Source: Pirellulales bacterium (lineage in GTDB: Bacteria > Planctomycetota > Planctomycetia > Pirellulales > JAICIG01). From it: 19,782 nucleotides of DNA. Below are positions 8,294 through 17,113 of this stretch, in pieces (within the stretch, counting starts at the first letter, position 1; the number at the start of each line of letters is the position of its first letter). The stretch is from positions 277,451-297,232 of the forward strand of contig JBBDYJ010000035.1 in the NCBI GenBank assembly GCA_040901675.1. Direction: 5' to 3'. Below the pieces are notes generated by a model. It had not been told where the DNA came from. It made no database searches and worked only from the letters and a program-made list of their open reading frames with translations. A program made the translations under genes and the position numbers.

Positions 8294-8470
8294 AGGCAGA
8301 AGGAGGAATAAGAAACGCGCAGGGTGCCTGGGGCAAAGCGTTAGCGTGCCCCAGTCTTCGCCAGAAGTCAGACGTTCCGCCTGCGGCGGACTTGCAGCAC
8401 AGTCAGAAGCTCCACCTCTGGCGGACCTTCTGTCCCCCCTTCCCTCCTTCCTCCTTCTGTCTTCCTCCTT
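8293..8470. repeat. Composite repeat element, short copy, filling the gap between convergent genes; holds the empty host palindrome at 8322-8360
   Basis: Reverse complement shares GGGGGACAGAAGGTCCGCCrGAGGTGGA, GACTTCTGrCGAArACTGGGGCACGCTA, CGCTTTGCCCCAGGCACCC and GCGCGTTTCyTAyTCCTCCTTCTGCCTT with 3903-4346. Confidence 0.88.
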
Positions 8471-10257
8471 CACTTGATCAGGTCCTTCACGGTCATGCCG
8501 GCGGGGATCATCGGCAGCACGTGCTCCTGGTAGGGTATCTGCACGTCGAGCACGTACGTGCCGTCGTACTCGACCATCTCCTGCAAGGCGGCATTCAGGT
8601 CGGCCTTGTCCTTGACCTGGCTGGCGCCGCAGCCAAATCCCTTGGCGATCGTCACGAAGTCGGGGTAGCGCTCGGTCGGACCCAGGCCGTCGCCCAGGCC
8701 GACCGCTTCAGGATTGTCGACCGGCCCCAGGTAGGTGTGGGCCCGGTTGCCGGCGTGGAAGCGGTCTTCCCACTGCACCACCATGCCCAGGTGCTGGTTG
8801 TTCAACAGCAGCACCTTGACCGGCAGCTTCTCGCAGTGGCAGGTGGCCAGCTCCTGGATGTTCATCAAAAAGCTGCCGTCGCCGTCGATGTCGATCACCA
8901 GGCTCCCGGGGTGGGCCGCCTTGGCCCCCATGGCGGCCGGCAGGCCGAAACCCATCGTGCCCAGGCCGGAGCTGGACATCCAAGTCCGCGGGGCCCTGAA
9001 CTTGAAATACTGGGCGGCCCACATCTGGTGCTGGCCCACGCCGACGGCCACGATCGTGGAGCGGTCCTCGACCATCCGCGACAACTGGTCGATGGCGTGC
9101 TGGGGGAGGATGCCGGGGAAATCGGAGTCGTAGCGGTAGGGGTCGGCCTGTTTCCAGGCGGCGATTTTGTCGTGCCACTCGCTCAAGCCGGCCGGCGGCT
9201 CGACGACCTTGTTCAACTCGGCCAGGGCGAACTTGATGTCGCTGACGATCGGGATGTGGGCTTCCTTGTTCTTGTTGATCTCCGAGGCGTCGACGTCGAT
9301 GTGCACGATCTTGCCGTGCTTGGCGAACTCCGAGACCTTGCCCGTAACGCGGTCGTCGAAGCGCACGCCGAAGGCCAACAGCAGGTCGGCTTCATCCACG
9401 GCGTAGTTGGCGTAGACGCTGCCGTGCATGCCCAGCATGTCCAGGGAGAGCGGATCGCTGTTGGGGAAGCAGCCCAAGCCCATCAGCGTCATGGTCACCG
9501 GGATGCCGGTCTTGTGGGCCAGCTCGGCCAGCTCGCGGCTCGCCGAACCCGCGATGACGCCGCCGCCGGCGTAGATCACGGGGCGGCGCGCCCGCTTGAT
9601 CGCGGCGGCCACCTGCGCGACCTGCTCCGGCCGAGCCCGGCGTTGTTCGATGTGGTAGCCGGGCAGGTGCATCGGCGCGTTGTAGTCGGGCACGACCTGG
9701 TTGGTCTGCACGTCCTTGGGCAGATCGATCAGCACCGGCCCGGGCCGGCCGGTGGTGGCGATGTGAAACGCTTCGCGGACGACGCGGGCCAGGTCTTTGA
9801 CGTCGGTGACGAGGTAATGATGCTTGGTGATGCTGCGGCAGACTTCGACGATCGGCGTTTCCTGGAAGGCGTCGGTGCCGATGACGGCGGTCCTGACCTG
9901 CCCAGTGATGGCGATCAGCGGGATGCTGTCGAGCTTGGCGTCGGCGATGGCGGTCACCAGGTTGGTGGCTCCCGGTCCGCTGGTGGCCATGCAGACGCCC
10001 GGCCTGCCGGTGCTGCGGGCATAGCCCTGGGCGGCGAAGGCGCCTCCCTGCTCGTGCCGGGGCAGGATGGTGCGGATCTGGTGCTTGAAGCGGGTCAGCG
10101 ACTGGTGCAACGGCATGCTGGCGCCGCCCGGGTAGGCGAAGATCACCTCGACCCCATGATTGACCAGCGACTGCACCAGGATGTCGGCGCCGCTGGTCAA
10201 CTGAGAAGTTTTGGGGATGGGGGTTGTACGGTTGCTGGCGGTTGTCACGGTAAGCAC
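8470..10257 (-). CDS. ilvB: Acetolactate synthase large subunit
   Basis: [55 protein letters not shown], ThDP motif GDGSF..NN. Start uncertain (GTG at 10257, 10248 or 10290). Confidence 0.96.
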   Translation of the reverse strand: MLTVTTASNRTTPIPKTSQLTSGADILVQSLVNHGVEVIFAYPGGASMPLHQSLTRFKHQIRTILPRHEQGGAFAAQGYARSTGRPGVCMATSGPGATNLVTAIADAKLDSIPLIAITGQVRTAVIGTDAFQETPIVEVCRSITKHHYLVTDVKDLARVVREAFHIATTGRPGPVLIDLPKDVQTNQVVPDYNAPMHLPGYHIEQRRARPEQVAQVAAAIKRARRPVIYAGGGVIAGSASRELAELAHKTGIPVTMTLMGLGCFPNSDPLSLDMLGMHGSVYANYAVDEADLLLAFGVRFDDRVTGKVSEFAKHGKIVHIDVDASEINKNKEAHIPIVSDIKFALAELNKVVEPPAGLSEWHDKIAAWKQADPYRYDSDFPGILPQHAIDQLSRMVEDRSTIVAVGVGQHQMWAAQYFKFRAPRTWMSSSGLGTMGFGLPAAMGAKAAHPGSLVIDIDGDGSFLMNIQELATCHCEKLPVKVLLLNNQHLGMVVQWEDRFHAGNRAHTYLGPVDNPEAVGLGDGLGPTERYPDFVTIAKGFGCGASQVKDKADLNAALQEMVEYDGTYVLDVQIPYQEHVLPMIPAGMTVKDLIK

Positions 10258-10407
10258 TGGCCTCTGTTGCACGAGTCGGGCAGTTTCCACCGCCGCCCGT
10301 TAGCTTCAAAACATTGCGCTTCGTTCGCAATCGAGCGCGCTGAGCCGCTATCGGAGCGCTTCCATGGCTGCTGCCCAATTCCGACCCGGCAACGTCTAAA
10401 ACACCTT

Positions 10408-10436
10408 ACCATACGGCCAAACCGCACGTCTGGCAA
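10408..10436 (-). promoter_or_regulatory. Sigma70-like promoter of ilvB
   Basis: Minus strand TTGCCA-N17-TATGGT. Confidence 0.5.
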
Positions 10437-10447
10437 CTATTGGCCCC

Positions 10448-10469
10448 GTAGAACGGAATTCATTCCGTT
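10448..10469 (+). repeat. GTAG-tagged REP-like palindrome directly after the uvrA stop
   Basis: GTAG-AACGGAAT-TC-ATTCCGTT. Single copy in the window; could also act as a terminator hairpin. Confidence 0.6.
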
Positions 10470-13049
10470 TTACTCCAGCAGCGGGCGGAGATAGTGGCCG
10501 GTCCAGTTGCCGTCGGTGGCGGCAATCTGCTCGGGAGTGCCAACGGCCAAGAGGCGGCCACCGGCGGCGCCACCCTCGGGCCCCAGATCGATCACCCAGT
10601 CGGCACTCTTGATCACGTCCAAGTGGTGCTCGATCACCACGACCGTGTTGCCCAGGTCGACCAGCCGCTGCAAAACAGCCAGCAGCTTGCCGACGTCGTC
10701 CAAATGCAAACCGGTCGTCGGCTCGTCCAGGATGTATAAGGTCCTGCCGGTGTTGGGGCGGCCCAGCTCGGCCGCCAGCTTGATCCGCTGCGCCTCGCCG
10801 CCCGAAAGCGTGGTCGAGGACTGGCCCAGCGTGATGTAGCCCAGGCCGACCTCCTGCAAGCTGGCCAACAGCCGCCGGATGACCGGAAAGTTCTCAAAAA
10901 ACTCCAAGGCCTCGTCGACCGTCAGATCGAGCACGCCGGCGATCGACAGGCCGCGGTAGTGGATCTCGAGCGTCGGCTTGTTGAACCGCGTCCCTTGGCA
11001 CTCGGGGCACTGGACATAGAGGTCGGGCAGGAAGTTCATCTCGATCTTGCATTGGCCCTGCCCCTGGCAGACTTCGCAGCGGCCCCCCTTGGTGTTGAAG
11101 CTGAAGCGGCCCCGCTTGTAGCCGCGCAGCCGGGCTTCGCGGGTAGTGCTGAACACGCGGCGGATTTCGTCGAAGACGCCCGTGTACGTGGCCGGGTTGC
11201 TCCGCGGCGTGCGGCCGATCGGCATCTGGTCGACCTCCACCAGGCGGTCGATCATCTGCACGCCGCGCAGGCTGGTGTACGGGCCCGGCCGGGCGCCGTT
11301 GCCGCCCAACCGGCGCGCCACGCCGCGGGCCAACGTGGCGTGCACCAGCGAGCTCTTGCCCGATCCGCTGACGCCGGTCACCGCCACCAGGGCCGAGAGG
11401 GGAAACCAGACGTCGATCTGCTTCAGGTTGTGGGCCGCGGCGCCCTGGATCGAGATGGCCCGCTTGGGGCTGACCGGCCGGCGCTGGCCGGGCACCGGGA
11501 TGGCCAGCTCGCCGGACAGGTACTTGCCGGTGAGCGACGCGGGCTGGCGGCGGATTTCCTCCGGCGTGCCCTGGGCCACGATCCGCCCGCCGTGCCGGCC
11601 GGCGCCGGGTCCCACGTCGATGAGGTGGTCGGCCTGGTTGATGATCGCTTCGTCATGTTCGACGACCAGCACCGTGTTGCCCTGCGATTGCACCTTGCGC
11701 AGGACCTCGATCAGCCGCTGGTTGTCGCGCTGGTGCAAGCCGATCGACGGCTCGTCGAGGATGTAGCAGGCGCCGACCAGCCCGGACCCGACCGCCGTGG
11801 CCAGGCGGATCCGCTGCAGCTCGCCGCCGGAGAGCGTGTCGGCCGCCCGATCGAGCGTGAGGTAACCCAAGGCCACCTTGTCCAGGAACGACAGGCGGCC
11901 CTCGATCTCCTCGACAATGGGCCCGGCGATGGGCGCCTGCTGCGGGGCGAACTCCAGGCCGGCAAAGAACTGCCGCGCCTGCTCGACGCCCAGCGCGGTG
12001 ATCTCGTGAATGGCCTTGCCGCCAAGGCGAACCGCGCGGGCCTCCGGCCGCAGCCGGGCTCCACCGCATTCGGGGCACGGCGACTCGGCGGCCAGGTCGG
12101 CCGCCTCCAGCTCCGGATCAAATGATTCCAGGGAGCCGAGTCCTTCGCACTTGGGACAAGCTCCGTAGGGACTGTTGAAGCTGAACGTGCGGGGCTCCAG
12201 TTCTTCATAGCTGATCTTGCAGCGCGGGCAGGCATGCTCGGTGCTGAACAGCTCCTCCTGCCAGGCCGCGGCGGAAGCGGCCTGGGGAGGCGAATGCGTC
12301 ACGGCGACCAGTCCCTCGGCTTGCCGCAAGGCCAACTGGATCGAGTCGGCCAGGCGGGCTCGAATGCCGGGCCGCAGCACGATCCGATCCACGATCGCCT
12401 CGATGGTATGGTTCCTGCGCGGAGCCAATTCGGGCAGCGCGTCGAGATCGTAGACCGCCCCGTCGACACGGGCGCGGACCAGCCCCGCCTTGCGGATCGA
12501 CTGAAACACGTCGGCATGCTGACCCTTGCGGCCTCGCACCAAGGGGGCCATGACCATCAGCCGAGTCCCCTCGGCCAGAGCGAGCAACTGGTCGACAATC
12601 TGCTGGGGGCTTTGGCAGCGGATCGGTTCGCCGCAGCGGTAGCAGAACACCTGGCCCAGGCGGGCCATCAGCAGCCGCAGATGGTCGTAGATCTCGGTGA
12701 CCGTGGCCACGGTGCTGCGGGGGTTACGGATGCCGGCCCGCTGGTCGATGGCAACGGTCGGCTGCAGGCCTTCGATCAGGTCGACGTCGGGCCGTTCCAT
12801 CTGGTGCAGGAACTGGCGGGCGTAGGCCGAGAGGCTTTCGAAGTACTGCCGCTGGCCTTCGGCATAGAGGGTGTCGAAGGCCAGCGAGCTCTTGCCCGAT
12901 CCGCTGGGACCGGTGATGACGACCAGTTGATCGCGCGGGATATCGAGATCGACATTCCGCAGGTTGTGCACGCGGCAGCCGCGGATGCGGACGCACTCCT
13001 GGGTCTCGGCCGGAGCCCTCCCCTGGTCGATCTGGCCAAAGACACTCAT
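10470..13049 (-). CDS. uvrA: Excinuclease ABC subunit A, apparently lacking the insertion domain
   Basis: Two ABC ATPase modules ([54 protein letters not shown]), [19 protein letters not shown], CxxC zinc modules; 859 aa. Confidence 0.96.
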   Translation of the reverse strand: MSVFGQIDQGRAPAETQECVRIRGCRVHNLRNVDLDIPRDQLVVITGPSGSGKSSLAFDTLYAEGQRQYFESLSAYARQFLHQMERPDVDLIEGLQPTVAIDQRAGIRNPRSTVATVTEIYDHLRLLMARLGQVFCYRCGEPIRCQSPQQIVDQLLALAEGTRLMVMAPLVRGRKGQHADVFQSIRKAGLVRARVDGAVYDLDALPELAPRRNHTIEAIVDRIVLRPGIRARLADSIQLALRQAEGLVAVTHSPPQAASAAAWQEELFSTEHACPRCKISYEELEPRTFSFNSPYGACPKCEGLGSLESFDPELEAADLAAESPCPECGGARLRPEARAVRLGGKAIHEITALGVEQARQFFAGLEFAPQQAPIAGPIVEEIEGRLSFLDKVALGYLTLDRAADTLSGGELQRIRLATAVGSGLVGACYILDEPSIGLHQRDNQRLIEVLRKVQSQGNTVLVVEHDEAIINQADHLIDVGPGAGRHGGRIVAQGTPEEIRRQPASLTGKYLSGELAIPVPGQRRPVSPKRAISIQGAAAHNLKQIDVWFPLSALVAVTGVSGSGKSSLVHATLARGVARRLGGNGARPGPYTSLRGVQMIDRLVEVDQMPIGRTPRSNPATYTGVFDEIRRVFSTTREARLRGYKRGRFSFNTKGGRCEVCQGQGQCKIEMNFLPDLYVQCPECQGTRFNKPTLEIHYRGLSIAGVLDLTVDEALEFFENFPVIRRLLASLQEVGLGYITLGQSSTTLSGGEAQRIKLAAELGRPNTGRTLYILDEPTTGLHLDDVGKLLAVLQRLVDLGNTVVVIEHHLDVIKSADWVIDLGPEGGAAGGRLLAVGTPEQIAATDGNWTGHYLRPLLE

Positions 13050-13131
13050 CAAAACAGCCCTGCCGCCCCCCGATCGCTATGCGTAAACTTTCCACGCTAA
13101 CACAGTGCCTCGGGGAAGGAAAGGAGGCAGT

Positions 13132-13180
13132 GGAAAGGCAGAAGGCAGAAGGACGAAGGCAGAATCGGAAACGCGCAAGC
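13132..13180 (+). repeat. GAAGGCA heptamer array plus CGAAGGCAGAATCGGAAACGCGCAAGC unit (copy 1)
   Basis: 13154-13180 is identical to 13567-13593 (27 bp); the array is inverted relative to 13621-13650. Confidence 0.85.
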
Positions 13181-13292
13181 GACGAATAGGGCATGCTTCG
13201 ACTCGCCAGGGCACGGCCTGGCTGGTCATGCTAAGGCTGTTCATCGGAAGGTAGTCTTTCCGGCTCCCTACCCGCCCGCTTAGACTGGCGCC

Positions 13293-13460
13293 ATGGCCAC
13301 CCCCGACGAGAACGGCGACCACCAGGAGGAGAACCCGTACAGGGCGCCGGTGGAGCAAGGCAGATGGCAAGGCTACCGCCACGTACCAAGGTGGTTTGTA
13401 TGGACATTGTTAGCCGCAGCGATCGGGAGCTTCATCTTCGCTTCGCTTCACGTACCGTAA
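13293..13460 (+). CDS. 55-aa small membrane protein with NPYxxP motif
   Basis: MATPDENGDHQEENPYRAPVEQGRWQGYRHVPRWFVWTLLAAAIGSFIFASLHVP; one C-terminal hydrophobic helix; TAGACT (-10-like) 6 nt before ATG. Shorter than anything in the ORF track. Confidence 0.62.
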   Translation: MATPDENGDHQEENPYRAPVEQGRWQGYRHVPRWFVWTLLAAAIGSFIFASLHVP

Positions 13461-13553
13461 GAACTCGTCCACGACAGCGCGACGGCCGCCGCACTACCCC
13501 GACTTCACGTGCCAACCGGGCTTTTTCCTAAATCGAGATTTAGGACACTACCC

Positions 13554-13650
13554 GGAAGGCAGAGGCCGAAGGCAGAATCGGAAACGCGCAAGCATTCCTC
13601 GGTGGTGGTCTTCGTCACTCTTCCTTCTGCCTTCGTCCTTCTGCCTTTCC
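13554..13650. repeat. Second copy of the 27-bp unit plus inverted heptamer array
   Basis: GGAAGGCAGAGGCCGAAGGCAGAATCGGAAACGCGCAAGC ... TTCCTTCTGCCTTCGTCCTTCTGCCTTTCC. Confidence 0.85.
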
Positions 13651-13658
13651 CCGCGCCC

Positions 13659-13687
13659 TTGCCGGGCGGGCGGACGCGGGCTACGAT
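13659..13687 (+). promoter_or_regulatory. Sigma70-like promoter of ilvN-ilvC
   Basis: TTGCCG-N17-TACGAT, 29 nt before ATG 13717. Confidence 0.55.
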
Positions 13688-13716
13688 GTGAGCTTATCTT
13701 GTGTCCGGAGTTCGAG

Positions 13717-14211
13717 ATGCGTCACGTGCTTTCGGCGGTCGTGCAAAACGTTCCGGGCGTGCTATCGCACATTTCGGGCATGCTCGCCTCGCGGGGCTAC
13801 AACATCGACAGCCTGGCCGTCGGCGAAACCGAAGACCCGCAGTTGTCGCGGATGACGTTTGTCGTGGTCGGCGACGACAGCGTGCTGGAGCAGGTCCGCA
13901 AGCAACTCGAAAAAATCGTGACCGTCGTCCGCGTTGTCGACATCAGCTCGCAGAACTTCGTCGAACGCGACCTGATGCTGATCAAGGTGGCCGCCCCCTC
14001 GGGAGGCCGCCGCAGCGAGGTCCGGGAACTGGTCGACATCTTCCGGGGCCGCATTGTCGACGTCTGTCCCGAGGAAGTGATGATCGAAATCTCCGGGCAG
14101 GAGCGCAAGGTCGAGGCCTTCATCGAGCAGATGCGCCCCTTCGGCATCAAGGAACTGGTCCGCACGGGGCGGATCGCCATGGTCCGGGGCGCTCACTCGA
14201 CGACCGAATAG
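13717..14211 (+). CDS. ilvN: Acetolactate synthase small regulatory subunit
   Basis: [36 protein letters not shown] (ACT), [32 protein letters not shown]. Confidence 0.96.
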   Translation: MRHVLSAVVQNVPGVLSHISGMLASRGYNIDSLAVGETEDPQLSRMTFVVVGDDSVLEQVRKQLEKIVTVVRVVDISSQNFVERDLMLIKVAAPSGGRRSEVRELVDIFRGRIVDVCPEEVMIEISGQERKVEAFIEQMRPFGIKELVRTGRIAMVRGAHSTTE

Positions 14212-14248
14212 ACTTCACAGCCTTTCAACCCCCACAGCGAAAGACCCC

Positions 14249-15253
<1,005 letters not shown>

Positions 15254-15311
15254 CAGGCCGGCGGGCGCTGTTTTCCTTGCCCCGCGCCCGCCCGATGCAA
15301 GAATAGCAGAG

Positions 15312-15584
15312 ATGACCGCCGTTGCGCCGACTACCCGCGAAGTGCTGAACCAACTGCGGCCCGGGGACCGGGTCGAGATCGTGCAGACGGTCAGGGTCGG
15401 GATGCGGAGCTGGAAGACGAGCACGATCGGCACGGTCGAGCACGTCGAGCGGCGGCGGCACGGGCTGCACTTCCGCCGCAACCTGGACGACAAGGTGTTC
15501 AGCGACCTGGTCGTTCTTCGGCTGGACGACGGCACCATCACCACGATCGCCGTGGACGAGTTTACCGACCTGCGAAAAGTCTGA
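15312..15584 (+). CDS. Hypothetical 90-aa protein, beta-rich (SH3/KOW-like appearance)
   Basis: Fills the gap between ilvC and the radical SAM gene; GC-ending codons; LRPGDRVEI..GTVEHVE..VVLRLDDG. Confidence 0.75.
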   Translation: MTAVAPTTREVLNQLRPGDRVEIVQTVRVGMRSWKTSTIGTVEHVERRRHGLHFRRNLDDKVFSDLVVLRLDDGTITTIAVDEFTDLRKV

Positions 15585-15601
15585 GCTGCTTCGCCTTGCC
15601 A

Positions 15602-16528
15602 ATGATTCCGCCGACCCAACCTCCGCCTCCCCAGCCGCTGTTCGCCGACCACTCGCGGTCGTTTGAGGCGAATCGTTTTGTGTACGCGGTGGTGAGCCGG
15701 CGGTCCGGCGGCATCTCCATCGGCATCAACCTCAATCCCGACAAGGTCTGCAACTTCGATTGCATCTATTGCCAGGTCGATCGGGTCAGCCAGAGCGAGA
15801 CGCGCTTCGTGTCCACCGAGGCGTTGCTGGCGGAGTTGGAGCAGATGCTCGAGCTCGTGAGCAGCGGACGGCTGTTCGCGCATCCGAAGTTCGCCGGCAC
15901 TCCCAAAGAGCTGCGGCGGCTGAACGACATCGCTTTCAGCGGCGACGGCGAGCCGACCACCTACCGGAACTTCGATGAGATCGTGGCCGCCTGCGCCGAG
16001 TTGAAGCGGCGCCGCGGCCTCGACACGGTGAAGATGGTGTTGATCAGCAATGCCAGCATGTTCCATCGGCCGGCCGTCGAGCGGGGGCTCGCGATCCTGG
16101 ACGCGAACCAGGGGGAGATCTGGGCCAAGCTGGAGGCGGGGACCGAAGAATACTACAAGCTGGTCGAACGCACGACGATCCCTTTCCAGCGGATCCTGGA
16201 CAACATCACCGCGGCCGCGCGGCGGCGGCCCTTGGTGATTCAAGCCCTGTTCATGCGGATCCACGGCCAGCCGCCCTCGCCGGCCGAGCAGGAGGCGTTT
16301 TGCGACCGGCTGAACGAGATCACGGCCGCCGGAGGAAAAATCAGGCTCGTGCAGGTGTACACGGTGGCCCGGCCTCCGGCCGAGAGCTTTGTCACCCCGA
16401 TGGACGATGCCGAGCTGGACGAACTTGCCGAACGGGTGAGGCGTCGCACGGCCCTGGCCGTCGAGGCGTTTTACGGCTATTCCGCCGAGGCCGACGCCAG
16501 CGCGCCGGTGCAGAAGACTTCGAAGTAG
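15602..16528 (+). CDS. Radical SAM protein (COG0731-like Fe-S oxidoreductase)
   Basis: VYAVVSRRSGGISIGINL, CNFDCIYC (CxxxCxxC), IAFSGDGEPT, LISNAS, KLEAG, VQVYTVARPP. Confidence 0.9.
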   Translation: MIPPTQPPPPQPLFADHSRSFEANRFVYAVVSRRSGGISIGINLNPDKVCNFDCIYCQVDRVSQSETRFVSTEALLAELEQMLELVSSGRLFAHPKFAGTPKELRRLNDIAFSGDGEPTTYRNFDEIVAACAELKRRRGLDTVKMVLISNASMFHRPAVERGLAILDANQGEIWAKLEAGTEEYYKLVERTTIPFQRILDNITAAARRRPLVIQALFMRIHGQPPSPAEQEAFCDRLNEITAAGGKIRLVQVYTVARPPAESFVTPMDDAELDELAERVRRRTALAVEAFYGYSAEADASAPVQKTSK

Positions 16529-16589
16529 CAGGACTCGCCAGAGTTCTGGTGGAGTGAAGGGCGGCCCGAATTCTGGCGAATCCGGCTAC
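16525..16589. repeat. Inverted doublet of GTAG-tagged REPs (REPIN-like)
   Basis: Plus: GTAG-CAGGACTC-GCCA-GAGTTCTG (16525-16548). Minus: GTAG-CCGGATTC-GCCA-GAATTCGG (16589-16566). Confidence 0.85.
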
Positions 16590-17029
16590 ACGCAACGGCC
16601 GCAGCGGCCCTTGAGCAGTACCTCGGTCAACTCGCCGATCACGCTGGTGCTGGTGCCGGGCGTAGGAGAAATGTCGACGCTGACATCCGAGAGGCACGAA
16701 ACTTCGCCGCAGTCGACGCAGACGAAGTGCGGATGCTCCGAAATGTGGGCATGCCCTTTGCGGCGCGATTCGAACCGCCAGAGGTGGTCGCCCAGCTCAC
16801 TGCGCGCGACCAGGCCGGCTTCGGTCAGATCGATCAGGTTCCGGTAGACCGTGGCCCGGTCGAAACCTTGAGGCACCAGCACGTCGGCAAGCTCGGCGTG
16901 GCTGAGCGGCGTCTTGGCCTGCTCCAGCTTTTCGAGCACCGCGATGCGGGCCGTGGTGCCGCGGAGGCCCGCGTCGCGAATGCGGTCTCGCAGTTCGTCG
17001 CGGCTGGCAGCGGCCTTGCTCGGTTTCAT
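16586..17029 (-). CDS. Fur family metalloregulator
   Basis: GLRGTTARIAVL, DRATVYRNL..L.EAGLV, HPHFVCVDC, C-terminal GRCGRC. Metal specificity not assignable. Confidence 0.92.
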   Translation of the reverse strand: MKPSKAAASRDELRDRIRDAGLRGTTARIAVLEKLEQAKTPLSHAELADVLVPQGFDRATVYRNLIDLTEAGLVARSELGDHLWRFESRRKGHAHISEHPHFVCVDCGEVSCLSDVSVDISPTPGTSTSVIGELTEVLLKGRCGRCV

Positions 17030-17035
17030 GGTCCC

Positions 17036-17044
17036 ATCCTATCA
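17036..17044 (-). promoter_or_regulatory. Extended -10 element, likely leaderless Fur-family transcript
   Basis: Minus strand TGaTAGGAT, 6 nt, then ATG. Confidence 0.45.
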
Positions 17045-17113
17045 CGCCGCGGCGCATGGCTCTAGAATGTCAGGCGGATTGACCGGACGCCGAGCACCCC
17101 GCGCCGCGTTGCC

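Noticed and set aside
7711..10494. 927-aa plus-strand ORF
   Set aside because: Out of frame in the amidase gene and antisense to ilvB; typical high-GC shadow ORF.
13461..13716. Attenuator or T-box upstream of ilvN
   Set aside because: The predicted promoter leaves a leader of only about 22 nt; no ILV-rich peptide or T-box motif.
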